A stretch of 64,000 nucleotides of DNA from NCBI GenBank assembly GCA_043228905.1, contig JBHGNT010000012.1:15624001-15688000 (forward strand), given 5' to 3'. The stretch comes from Azolla caroliniana (taxonomy: Eukaryota; Plantae; Polypodiophyta). The notes below the pieces were generated by a model. It did no database searches. It was not told the origin of the DNA and was given only the letters and a program-made list of their open reading frames with translations. The translations under genes were made by a program, and so were the position numbers. Positions 26,779 to 37,500 of the stretch are shown in pieces (position 1 is the stretch's first letter; each line of letters begins with the position of its first letter).

Positions 26779-28185
26779 TCACCATAACACGCGTTTCTTT
26801 ATTCGCCGTAGAGCGTGCTCTGTATTACGCGCTTCTCCCGTCGTAGACCCGACCTCCGCATTGTCGCACTTTCTTTTAGATTGGAATTTCGGATGGATCA
26901 TTTTCCATCCGAACCGACTTCCGACTTTACCTTCCTCGCCGCCATCTCCCGTCTCTCCGGTCTCACGTTGGTTCTCGGACACAACCGCCGAAGTCTCTAG
27001 ATATTGTTGGCATGAATCCTCGGTATTACCTTCTTTCGTAGTTTCACCCTTAGCATTCTTCTCGGCTATCTCTTCATCGTATTCGTCGGCTTCGACATTC
27101 GTTTTCTCTCCGCCACCTTCCGTCTCTTCGGTCTCACGTTGCCTTTCGATCGCAACCGCCGGAGTCTCTGGAATCAGTGGTGGGGAAGTCTCGATATGGC
27201 AATCCGCCATTGATTCGTCCATAGCCACCTCCGATTCGATTTCGTCTTTTGTGGCTACCTCCTTAATCACATCCGCTTCACACTCTTTATCTGCATCAAT
27301 TATGCAAACATCTATTATGCTTACCCCTTTTTGACCCGATGTCTCGGGCACTTGTATCCCGAAATTTCCTTCTACACTTGAATTATCGGCCTTATCCTTC
27401 GCCATCGTTCTTTCACAAGACAAGAGGGTAGCTTGTTTTACACCCTCTTCCGTCACACCATCATGTTGTATTTCGGCCTTCATATCGGCTCCATCGTTTG
27501 TCTTCAATCGACCATCCTTCATCGGCCATGTCGTTGACAAGATTCTCATCTTCCTCTCATCATGTCTCCGGCATACCCTTTGGACTTCGGCCCAATCTTC
27601 GGTAAGACCATTCGTACCTTCATCGTCTTCGAGTTCGATCCCGATGTCCATCCTTTCTTTTCGATCGATCGATTTTACGAACATTAGGACTTTATCCTCC
27701 CCCACCAATCGTTGTTCCCGCTCCGAGAGTCGAGCAAGACGATGCTCGAACTCTAGGAATGCTTGTGTTGCACTTTGGTGGGTCTTCTCCGATGCCACCC
27801 ATTCATCGAACTCTCGCCGATCTCGTCCCTTCGGTCTATCGTAATCATATGCCTCTTGTAAAGCTCCTTCAAAGGACCCCCATGTTGGGTTTTGTTGCCG
27901 TATCTTGTAGATTCTTTCTTGTAACTCATCCGTGGCTACCCGACTGAAGGATATCACTTGCAATCCTTCCGGTATCCCACATCGTATCATCTCCGCCTTG
28001 TAGTCACGTAGATAGCGTGACACATCGTTTCCGTTGAATTGTCCGTTTCGTTGTACGAGCCGCTTTACTGCCCCCGTGATCTCCGACATCACTCGTTGTT
28101 CTTGTAGCATCCGCTCGAACATCATCATCATCGTTATGCTCATTGCCTCTTGTTGATTCTCCATCTCCTTGCCACCCGCCTTCAC
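26779..28185 (-). CDS. Gag-like protein with acidic low-complexity C-terminus (468 aa)
   Basis: Uninterrupted ORF. The N-terminus (GQFNGNDVSRYLRDYKAEMIRCG) is nearly identical to host gag at 42377-42706; the C-terminal half is E/D/T-rich. Confidence 0.8.
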   Translation of the reverse strand: MKAGGKEMENQQEAMSITMMMMFERMLQEQRVMSEITGAVKRLVQRNGQFNGNDVSRYLRDYKAEMIRCGIPEGLQVISFSRVATDELQERIYKIRQQNPTWGSFEGALQEAYDYDRPKGRDRREFDEWVASEKTHQSATQAFLEFEHRLARLSEREQRLVGEDKVLMFVKSIDRKERMDIGIELEDDEGTNGLTEDWAEVQRVCRRHDERKMRILSTTWPMKDGRLKTNDGADMKAEIQHDGVTEEGVKQATLLSCERTMAKDKADNSSVEGNFGIQVPETSGQKGVSIIDVCIIDADKECEADVIKEVATKDEIESEVAMDESMADCHIETSPPLIPETPAVAIERQRETEETEGGGEKTNVEADEYDEEIAEKNAKGETTKEGNTEDSCQQYLETSAVVSENQRETGETGDGGEEGKVGSRFGWKMIHPKFQSKRKCDNAEVGSTTGEARNTEHALRRIKKRVLW

Positions 28186-30322
28186 GTCGGGTTCACCAAC
28201 TGTGTCGTGCCTTTCGGCTCCGGATCGTTGCGTGAGTCGGGTGGGAACCGCTGGGGTTTTGGACTAGGAAGAGGAGAGTTTTAAGGCTAATAAGAATATA
28301 AATATGTTGTAAGAAAGAGTTATAGCAAACTCGTGAATCCCACGAGTGTATTGTATTTGATTAATCAATATGAATATAAGAATATAAATTTGGGTTGAAA
28401 GAGAATGATATAGAATCCTCGTGAATCCCACGAGTATAGTTTATTAATTGGTGTTTTTTAGAAACATATCCAGTTTCCAAATATTTTTCACACACAATTA
28501 CATTGTGCTCCCCATCCTTATGTAGTGATGAGGAAGTCTTAGTAATCCATGCTTTTTCTCTAACTATAGACCCCATGCTTTTCCTATAGATAGACTATAT
28601 GCTTTATCTAAAGTGATCATGCTTTTTTTCTGACTTGTGCGTTTTTTATCATGCACGCTAGATGTGTATGTGTAGCTTTTTCTTTTGTTATGCGTTTTTC
28701 TAATGTTTATCCTAGCGTGAATTTACCTTTCTATGTGGGACATCTATGCTTTAACACTAATGAAATGCTAGTGTAATGGTAAGACATTACATTATTAACA
28801 TGGAGGTGCAAGGTTCAAATCTTGCCCTATGCATGTTCCATTTATTTTGCTATTTTCTTCTATTTCTTCATTTTTTATTGAATCTAATACTATATACGTT
28901 TTTCACGTAGTGTACAAAATACACTACGACACCGGATCGTGATCTTGTTCACCGGTTGCAAGTCTTAGATAAATCAGACTGACCCATTCTTCTTCGGAAC
29001 CGTAAACCATCGATTTGAGTACGGAGCATTTGATGGCTCTAGAATCCCCATTGCCACCTTCTCCTTGAGCAAGTCGATGATTTTTGGAATATGCGCCCGT
29101 GGCACCGGAATCGGCTTCAAGTTCCACGACACATGGTCAATCATGAAGATCACCATCGGCTCCACTATCTTCGGGTCAGCGCATCCTATTTCTTTCGATG
29201 TAAATGCAAATGCTCTCCCATGTCGCTCTAGCATCCCACAGAATCGTTCTTCTTCATTCTTTAATAGGAACCCACCTCCACTGATCTGAAGTTTCTTCCG
29301 GGTCTCATCCGTGAAGGCATGTCCGATATCCATGGACTTCCGAAGTGTCGGATCCCCCGAGACTTCTTTCCTCTTTTGTTCTCTATCGGCGAGTAACGGT
29401 CCCGCGACCGGCTTCACTTTCTTCTCCACGGTCTTGTATTTTGTACTTACCATTGCTTCTTCTTTGCGGAGCGCATCCGGCCCCATTTTCACAATGATCT
29501 CGTACATCTCGACCGATTCCACCGGGACTACCCGGTTTCCCTGGCTTGTATCTTCTGCGAGCTCTTCATGCCGTTGTAGTGTGCTCCCATAGAACACTTC
29601 TTCGTATATTCCCACGATTTCTTCGTCTTCTTTTATTATTGATGCCGACCGTAACTTATCCTCCACTTTTCGGTATTCTTTCTTCATTCCTCCGGTTACA
29701 GCCGTGTACGTGGATGCCCCACTCAGACCGATTTGTACTTGTTTTGCTCCGAGAGGTTTCTTCCTGTGTGTTACCCGTTCCTTTGGGTGAACACCTTCGA
29801 TAGATCTGCGGCTATCGGTATTCAAGGGCTTGGTACGTGAAGGCTCGTAACAGAGGCGTCGAGAGAGAGACAGGGCTCAGAGAGAAAACACTAGCGAGGT
29901 CTTGATAGGTGTGGGCGGCGTTGAACTCATAGGTATGGATCAAAGCACAGACTCATGGAGCAAATTGGGCACAAATCAGATATATTACTATGACAGAAAA
30001 GATTATAGAACACGGCCTATGGCCGGTGACCTTACAAGTTTATCTAGTTACGAGGGACTAAGCTAGTGCTTCCGCCTATATTTTTCTTCTCCCTCTCTCT
30101 GAGGTACTGGTCCTCGTTTAAATAACTTTTCCCCTAATACACAGCCAAGCTGTCGGTGGCCCGTGATACTCGGACTCGGCGTTTGCTAATTCCCTCATTT
30201 TACATTTCTGTCCTCTGGACAACACCTAGCACGCCCGTGGGACAGGAGCTTGTCCGTCGGACCCACGACTTACAAAATACTAACAATATTACAAAAATTG
30301 CCTTTTAGGCGTGATCCTCGTT

Positions 30323-33300
30323 TCATTCCTCTTTTAAGATGTCGAGGATGTTTTCCGGGTCCAGGGTGGTGGAAGGGTGGTCTGGTTGGACTATCGGTGT
30401 GGGGAGTTGAGTTTGGTCCGGGGGTGTCATATCTTCTCCAGCGTCTGCCTCAGGTGCGGCCGATTCTTCTGGTGGGGGTGTGGGTTCGTGGGCGCTGACC
30501 TTTACTTCGACAGGATCTGGTACCGTGTGGGCGTCCATGGGATGTCTGTTGGCCGGGGCAAGTTCCTCCTGTGCCGTGTCCGTGATCTCCTTGCTGGAAG
30601 GTTCTTCCTTCTGCTCTGTGGCCGTTGGAGGGCTGGTTGGGATGGCTGCGAGTCGTTCTCGTTCGAAGGCTTCTGCTTCTAGGCGAAACAACATCTGACC
30701 GTCATTGAAGTCCTCCATTATTTGCTCGATTGCCGCGGTGTGAGATTTTGCCAAGGACTAGTAATCCTCGGTTAAATCTGCACGCAGGTTTTGTATGTTG
30801 GCTTCGTCCATTTTGTAGAAGCCGCGGCCCTCCTTCCGTCGGTTCTTGGCGTCGGCGCGTAAAATATGCAATTCAGCAGCTTGGGCTGCCCATTCGTCTC
30901 CTGCGCGACTTAATGTTTCCTCGACCTTTTTGGTAAGGTGCTGGCGCTGTTTCTCGATCAGTATTCTGATGCGTGTCTCATCCATGTCGGGCTGTGCTCG
31001 GATGGCTGCGAATTCCTGTTTTAAGCCGCCGACCTCGGCCTGAATCTTCTGTGCTCTTAGCTCATAGATGGCTTGAGTGTTCTTTGCATCCGCGGTTACG
31101 AGCTGGAGAGCCTGCTCGTAACGCTTGGTGAGTTCTTCGGTGGCTTGCTCCCGTTCTTTTTGACACGTGGCCCGGATTTGTTCTCGTTCGACGATTCTCT
31201 CTTCTTGTAGGGCGAAGTAGGAATCCGATAATTCGTCTTTTTGCTCCAAAAGTAGCTTGCATTTGATGAAAAACTCGTCAGCCATTTCTTTAAGGGTCGT
31301 ACGCTGACTCTGTAGCTCGGCATTCTCCGCGATCATTCTCTCCTCCCGTTGGCGATTTCTTTCCTCCTGTCGATGGTTCCAGTCTTTTGCATTGTCGAGC
31401 GCGGCCTGTAGGTCTAGGACCTCCTTCTCTTTGTTTGCCACTGTGGCTGCGTATTCCTCCAGCTTGCTATTGAGTTCGGGTTCTTTGCCCGCGGCTTGCG
31501 CTTGTACCCGGCCCAGTGCTTCGTTCTGCTCGTGTATCCTTTGGTCGGCCTGGGATCTCATCTCGGCCATCTGCTTGGAAGCTTCTTCTTTTAGGCGAGC
31601 CATCGCCTGTTGATGCCATTGTTCGTGTCTCTCGGTTCGCCGTTGTTCTTCTTTAAGCTCCGCACGGTAATCCCGGAGCGGGGGTTCTGTCTGGGTTGCC
31701 ACCTCCTTGGGTGCACGAGGTGGTGGTATCTAGGTCTTCTCCATGGGCGTGGGCGCCTCGGTTGTTGTGCAGGCATCGACCATTTGTAACGAGTCCGTTT
31801 GTGTACTCGCCTGCATCGTCAGGATTGAGTCGGTGATGGTGCTTTCATCCATCATTGTTATGCGTGGAGGCGCTGGGAGGGCCTCGGTGGTCGTGACCGG
31901 AAGGCTCAAGAGTTGTTGTTCCGGCCGGTTTTGCTCCCAGGCTGCCAGCTTCTGGTTCGCAGCGTGCCATAATTCTGTAGCCATCTTAGCCTGTTTTTGG
32001 GCTATTTTTATCTTTCGGGCCATGTCTTTGGCTGCCCGCGTAGTGCGATCCAGGTCCCGATATGCCTCGATAAGGGCCGTGTTCAACTCGAGGACCTTCA
32101 TGAGGAGAGCAGCTTGTTTTGCCTGCTTCTTTCTCCCGATTTTTTGTAAAGCCCTGTCCTCCTGGGGCTCAATTTCACGTATTAGCGCGCGTTGAATCAT
32201 TGTTGTTTCGGCGTGCTCCTCCGCCATTCGAGCAGCTGCCGCGACTTGGGCTCTGGCGAGGAAGTCGACCAGCTCGAATGTCGTACCGAGGCGTAGGAGC
32301 GCACTAAATTCGTAAGCCTCCTCGGGGAGGTCCTTATACCCGAGGACTTCATCCTCCGAGATCTGCGTTGTCTGCCCATGCTCGATCTTTCCCTGGTTCA
32401 ACGATGCCTCCTCAGGGATGATGGCCAGGTTGCTCTGTCTGACAACTAAGGCTTGCTCCTGTTGTGGCTCTTTCTGTTCTTCCGAGGACTCGCGGTTAAG
32501 CCGTCTTCTCTTGCTCGGCTGTGTTTGGGGTTCCGGGGCCGGTAGTGTCGTTTCCTCCGCCTACTTCCTTTTCTGGGGTCGTGGTGGTGCAGCCTGCTGT
32601 GTGTTGGGGCGTGGGCTAGGCCCTGGGGAAGTTACCGAGGGGCGCGACGTTGGTTGTCGAATGGTGACATCATCGGCCGTGTTATCTTCCGCGGCTACCT
32701 TCTCCTCCCATTCTTGGTAGGTCTCGGAAACTGCCCTTTTTTGTTGGGGTTGAGTGGGTGGTGGTGCAGATGCGGGGTTTTGGTCAGCGGCAGGAGGTGG
32801 AGGCGATGTGGGCTCCTCCCATGCTTCGTGGCTGATGGCAACGAATTTCTCTTTCTGCCTTCGTGGTGGTGGTGGGGACGTGAGGGTGCGAGGGGAAGGA
32901 AGAGAAGAGCGTGGGTACAGAACCATCAAAAAGTGGGTAAGAACAGAGAGCATCTTCTTACCGGACTGAAATGAAGCTAAGGCGGCGTAGAGTCCCTCGC
33001 CTGTGATGATTCCCCAATCGATTCTGTTTCCTTCATACGCGCTGATGATGATGGTTGCCTTGTTCTGCGGCATGCTCGTTGGGTTCGTATGCACGAATGC
33101 ATACTCCATTAATATACGAGCAATCTCCCCAAAAGCTCTGTTGGGACCGCCATACGTGTGATATGCCTTCCCTGAGGCTGAGTACTCACCGAAGTACGCT
33201 TTCATCTTTGATGCCAGGGGTATGTCGACCTCATGGTCCCCTCCCCGTTGCAGGTCCAAAACAGCCTGAAGCACGTTGTTGGTGATGGCTTCGGGACTTA

Positions 33301-33487
33301 TACGTTTAGCCACAGTTTGGGCATCTGGGTGCGGGGGGGCATCGATGATCTTCAAGTAACCGCCCATTCCTCGTTCCTGGAGCCAAGCGCGGGTTTCTGA
33401 TGAAGCAGTAAGAGGCATGGTGGAGATGGAGACGGGGTTCGACTGTGTGGAAGCGTGAAGAAGAGTGATGAGGCGAGGGCGAGCCAC
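30323..33487 (-). pseudogene. Extra ~1050-codon ORF (globular N-terminus, Pro-rich linker, long coiled coil) broken by in-frame TAG stops
   Basis: ORF pieces 33487-32561, 32401-31730, 31702-30758 and 30754-30323 share one reading frame. The three listed internal pieces end in TAG. Confidence 0.8.
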
Positions 33488-33774
33488 AGTCGGAGCAGCA
33501 GGAAGGGGAAGTCCAGCAGAGGGGTTATGAGAGCGAAAGAGGGCTTGAGAGCAAGAGAGTTTAGCGCGATGAGAGCGAGACGGGGTTTCTGAGCTTGAGA
33601 GCGATGGAGATGGGGAGCGATAATGAACTTATGTGTTTGTGCTGCGTTTTGGAAACGGTTTTAGTAACTTACTCCTAGGGTTTTGTGCCTGAAGCGAATC
33701 CTGAAGATTCTGAGTCGTGGGTGCCATAATAAGTGACTAGCACCATGTGTCCTGAAGGTGAGTGGGGTGCTTCT

Positions 33775-34514
33775 TGACGGGAACCCAACGTTCCTTATGC
33801 GCAACGCTCGGCCACAACCGAGATTATTTTCATACACAGAAAATAGGAAATAGAACACGACACAAAGAGGAAGACAAATACACTGGAGGTTTACGTGGAA
33901 AACCCCAAACTAGGGGAAAAACCACGGCAGCCCACGGGCTGCAAACTGTCACTATGTAAGAATGTACAAAACTGTGAGTTCACGGAGGCAACGACCTCGT
34001 GCTCACAATCTTCGCCACAGGAGGCGGTTACAACAGAGGCAAAGACCTCGTCTCTCTCTCTCTCTCTCTGTACAGTTGCGCGCTCTCTCTTCTTCTTGCA
34101 CCAACAATGAAGAATAACAAAAAAAAAACACAATTAGTTTTGCCCTAAGTCATATTTATACTAATATGACTTTTCGGCTATTTACAAATATAGCCACAAT
34201 GGGCTCTCAGAAACATATTTACGAATATGTCTCTTCCTCCGGTTCATACCCGGTCTGCACCATCCGGCTCTCCGTAGCCAGGTACTCCTCATCCGGCATC
34301 CGGCTCTCCGTAGCCGAGTACTCCTCATCCAGTTCATACCGGGCCTGTATCATCCGGCTCTCCGTAGCCGGGTACTCCTCATCCGGTTCATACCGGGCCT
34401 ATATCATCCGGCTCTCCGTAGCCGGGTACTCCTCATACCGTTTCGGCCTCGGCCGAGTTTGTTTGTCGGCACTGTTCTTCTCCCTTCCCATCCGGAGGGA
34501 CCTGTTTCCCAACA
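33775..34514 (-). mobile_element. Solo LTR related to Copia A/B LTRs
   Basis: Minus strand begins TGTTGGGAAACAGGTCCCTCC (cf. 7654); TSD CTTCT/CTTCT; internal ~50-bp tandem repeats 34238-34440. Confidence 0.85.
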
Positions 34515-37500
34515 CTTCTAGTGCTTTGCATGTGCTTAAATAGGTACTAAATGAGTGGTGGCGAGGGGTGCTCCTAAAATTGTGGGTGCCTAGGTGGGTG
34601 GTGTAGGTGTAGCTAATCGGTGGCTAAACTATGGTTAATCCTACCTACTACTACTTTTATTAATTTCAAGAAGGTGGGTGAGTCCTTATTCAGGGGGACA
34701 CTTGGCCTCCTCCGTGGTGGTCTCCCGAAACTCGTTTGTGCCGTGTGGCTCGGTAAACGGGTTGGGTGGTGTAGTCCCTCGATATGGTCGAAGTCGGAAA
34801 CCTTGGCCCAGCTTTTGACAGTGTCGTCGGCGAGTGTGCCGAGCTAGAACGTCCCGTTGAACTCGTCGATAATCCAGAATGGACCGGTCCACCGAAATCT
34901 TAATTTTCCCGGCATAGACCCGAGTCGTGATTGAAAAAGAAGAACCGGTTTGCCGATGGTGAGCTCCTTTTCCAGCCCGTGTCGATGTCGATCCACGAAA
35001 GCCTTGCGTTGCCGTTGGCGTTGTTCGAGCTGGGCCATACTCTCTATCCTATCTTCGCCGAGTTCGAGGAGTTGTTCCAACCGGTATTGCTCGGATTGGG
35101 CCTCGGGGAGCCGTGCTTTGACTTGAACTTGGAGTCTCGGGACTTGGAACTCGACGGGCATTACGGCTTCTAACCCGAACGACATTCGAAAGGGGGTTGA
35201 TTGGATGCTTGTTTTGAAAGTCGTACGATACGCCCACAGCGCGCTCTGGAGTTTGTAATCCCAATCGGTCCTATTTTCATTGACGATCTTCTTCAGTATG
35301 GTTTGGAGGATTTTATTGGTCGATTCCGCCAAGCCGTTCGCCTGCGGGTTGCATGGTGTGCTTTTCTTGTGCACCACCGCGTAGTGGTGTGTAAGCTCAC
35401 GTATTATGTGATTGATGAAGTGCCCACCTTGATCACTAACGAGCTCGATTGGGCATCCGTAACGGCACCAGAGGTACTCATACACGAATTTAGCCGTGGA
35501 TGCCGCCGTGTTATCTCGGAGTGCCTTAGCCTCGACCCATTTGGTGCAGTAATCCGTGGCAACAATAATATACCTATTCCCTGTTCGGGCCGCGGGTGGT
35601 TTGAAAGGGTCTACAAAATCCAAACCCCATTTTTGACATGGGTCCAACGGAAGAATCGGCTAGTGTGGCATCTGTGACTGTTCCATTGGTTGCCCTAGTT
35701 GTTCGCACAAATCGCACTGCCAACAAAACTCTGCCCTAGTCTTTCTTCGTTGTCGGCCACCACAATCCACTTTGCCAAACTTTCCTTGCCATGGAATCCC
35801 CGGCGTAGTGCCCCCCAGCTACTCCCTGGTGGGCTTCCTGAAGAACGGCGTTCTTCTCGAATTGCCGAATCGCTCGGCGCCATATGCCGTCCGAGCCTTT
35901 GTGGTAGAGAATGTCCGAGACGAGGCAAAAATTCCGGCTACGCACTGCTAGGCGTTTTCTCATGTCAAGGGTCATGTGCTCAGGAGGTACACCGGTAGTG
36001 AGAAAATGGGTCATCTCCGTGATCCATTCATCTCCGTTATCGTTTGGTATCGTGGTCAGGTTAAATAGGTTGGCGTCCGGTAGCTCGTCGTACGTTGTTT
36101 TTGCCGGTTCCCCTGACTCAAGACGGCTCAAGTAGTTGGCGACGACATGTTGTACCCCGGGTCGATGCTGAATTTGGAAATCAAACTCTTGTAGTAGGAG
36201 CATCCACCGAGCCAACCATCCGGTGAGGGCTTGTTTATTGACCAAATAAAGAAGGGCTGAGTGATCCACGTGAAAGGTAAATTTTTGGCCCAAGAGGTAA
36301 TGCCGAAATTTATTGATGCTATAAATCATACCGAGGGCCTCCCGCTCGGTGGTGGAGTAATTCTTTTCCGCGGTCGAGAGCCGTTGGCTGGCGTAGTACA
36401 CGGGCCTATACCAATTCGGGGGTGTGCATTGCATCAGGGCACTTCCGATGGCGATGTCCGAAGCATCTACGAAGACATTAAACGGTTCGGACCAAACCGG
36501 GGACTGGACCACTGGGGCATGTGACAACATTCGTTTCAGGGTCTGATAAGCCGTTTCCTTGATTGACGTCCATTGGAAAGGAAGGCGATGGACTGCCGCG
36601 TGTAAAGGTGTCGCGAAATCAGCCAGGTGTCGTATCATTCGGCCGTGCCACCGGATCTGTCCCAAAAAAGGGCTTAGTGCCTTAGCGTTCGAGGGTGCGG
36701 TGGCATTCAGGATTGCCTTTACTTTATCCGGGTCCATAGCGATGCCTTCTTGACTGACAATGTGGCCGAGAAGGTTGCCGCGGGTTTAAACTCAATCGAG
36801 CTTGGCGACATCGGTCCAGGCAGAGTCGTAACTGGGTCATGTGTTCCCGTCGATGGCCATACACGGCGAAATCGTCGAGAAAGACTTGCATGAACGCCGG
36901 GATGTAGTCATGAAAGATTTCGGTGATGATGCGCTGGAGCGTAGCCGGCGCCGTTTTTAGACCGAACATCATAACTTCTGCTACAAAAACACCCCATTCC
37001 GTGACGAAAGCGGTTTTCTCCTGATCCTCCGGGTGCATTCTTATCTGGTTATAGCCGCTGAACCTATCGAGGAAACTGTAGCATTCGTGGCCGGCTACCA
37101 TGTCGAGGATGCTATCCGTGAATGGGAGAGGGAAACCGTCGGTGACTGTTGCCGCGTTAAGCTTCCGATAGTCGACGTAGATGCGGATTTTTCCGTTCTT
37201 CTTTGGGACCACTACGATCGGGCTCAACCACGTGGCCCGTTTAACAGGGCAAATGAAGCCCACTCGGAGTAGTTTGTCGATTTCCTCTTTGACTTTAGTG
37301 GCGTAGTTGGGGTTCATCCTGTAGCGCCTCTGCTGAACCGGCTGAGTGTCGGGTAAGATATGAATTTGATGTTGGTAGTATTGAGGATCTAGCCCCTTCA
37401 TATCGGTGTAAGACCAAGTGAAAACATCCTGGTAGTCGGTGAGCAATTTTACGAGGCATGCCCGTTCTCCGGTTGGTAGATTATTGGCAATTTGTAACGT

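Larger units (their letters stand above)
22585..28931 (-). mobile_element. Young non-autonomous gag-only Gypsy derivative with five LTR copies, inserted in host RT
   Basis: Outer LTRs 22585-23313 and 28203-28931 (729 bp, near identical); TSD CCGG/CCGG; Trp PBS 28183-28198; PPT GGAGGGGGTGAG; no pol domains. Confidence 0.93.
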
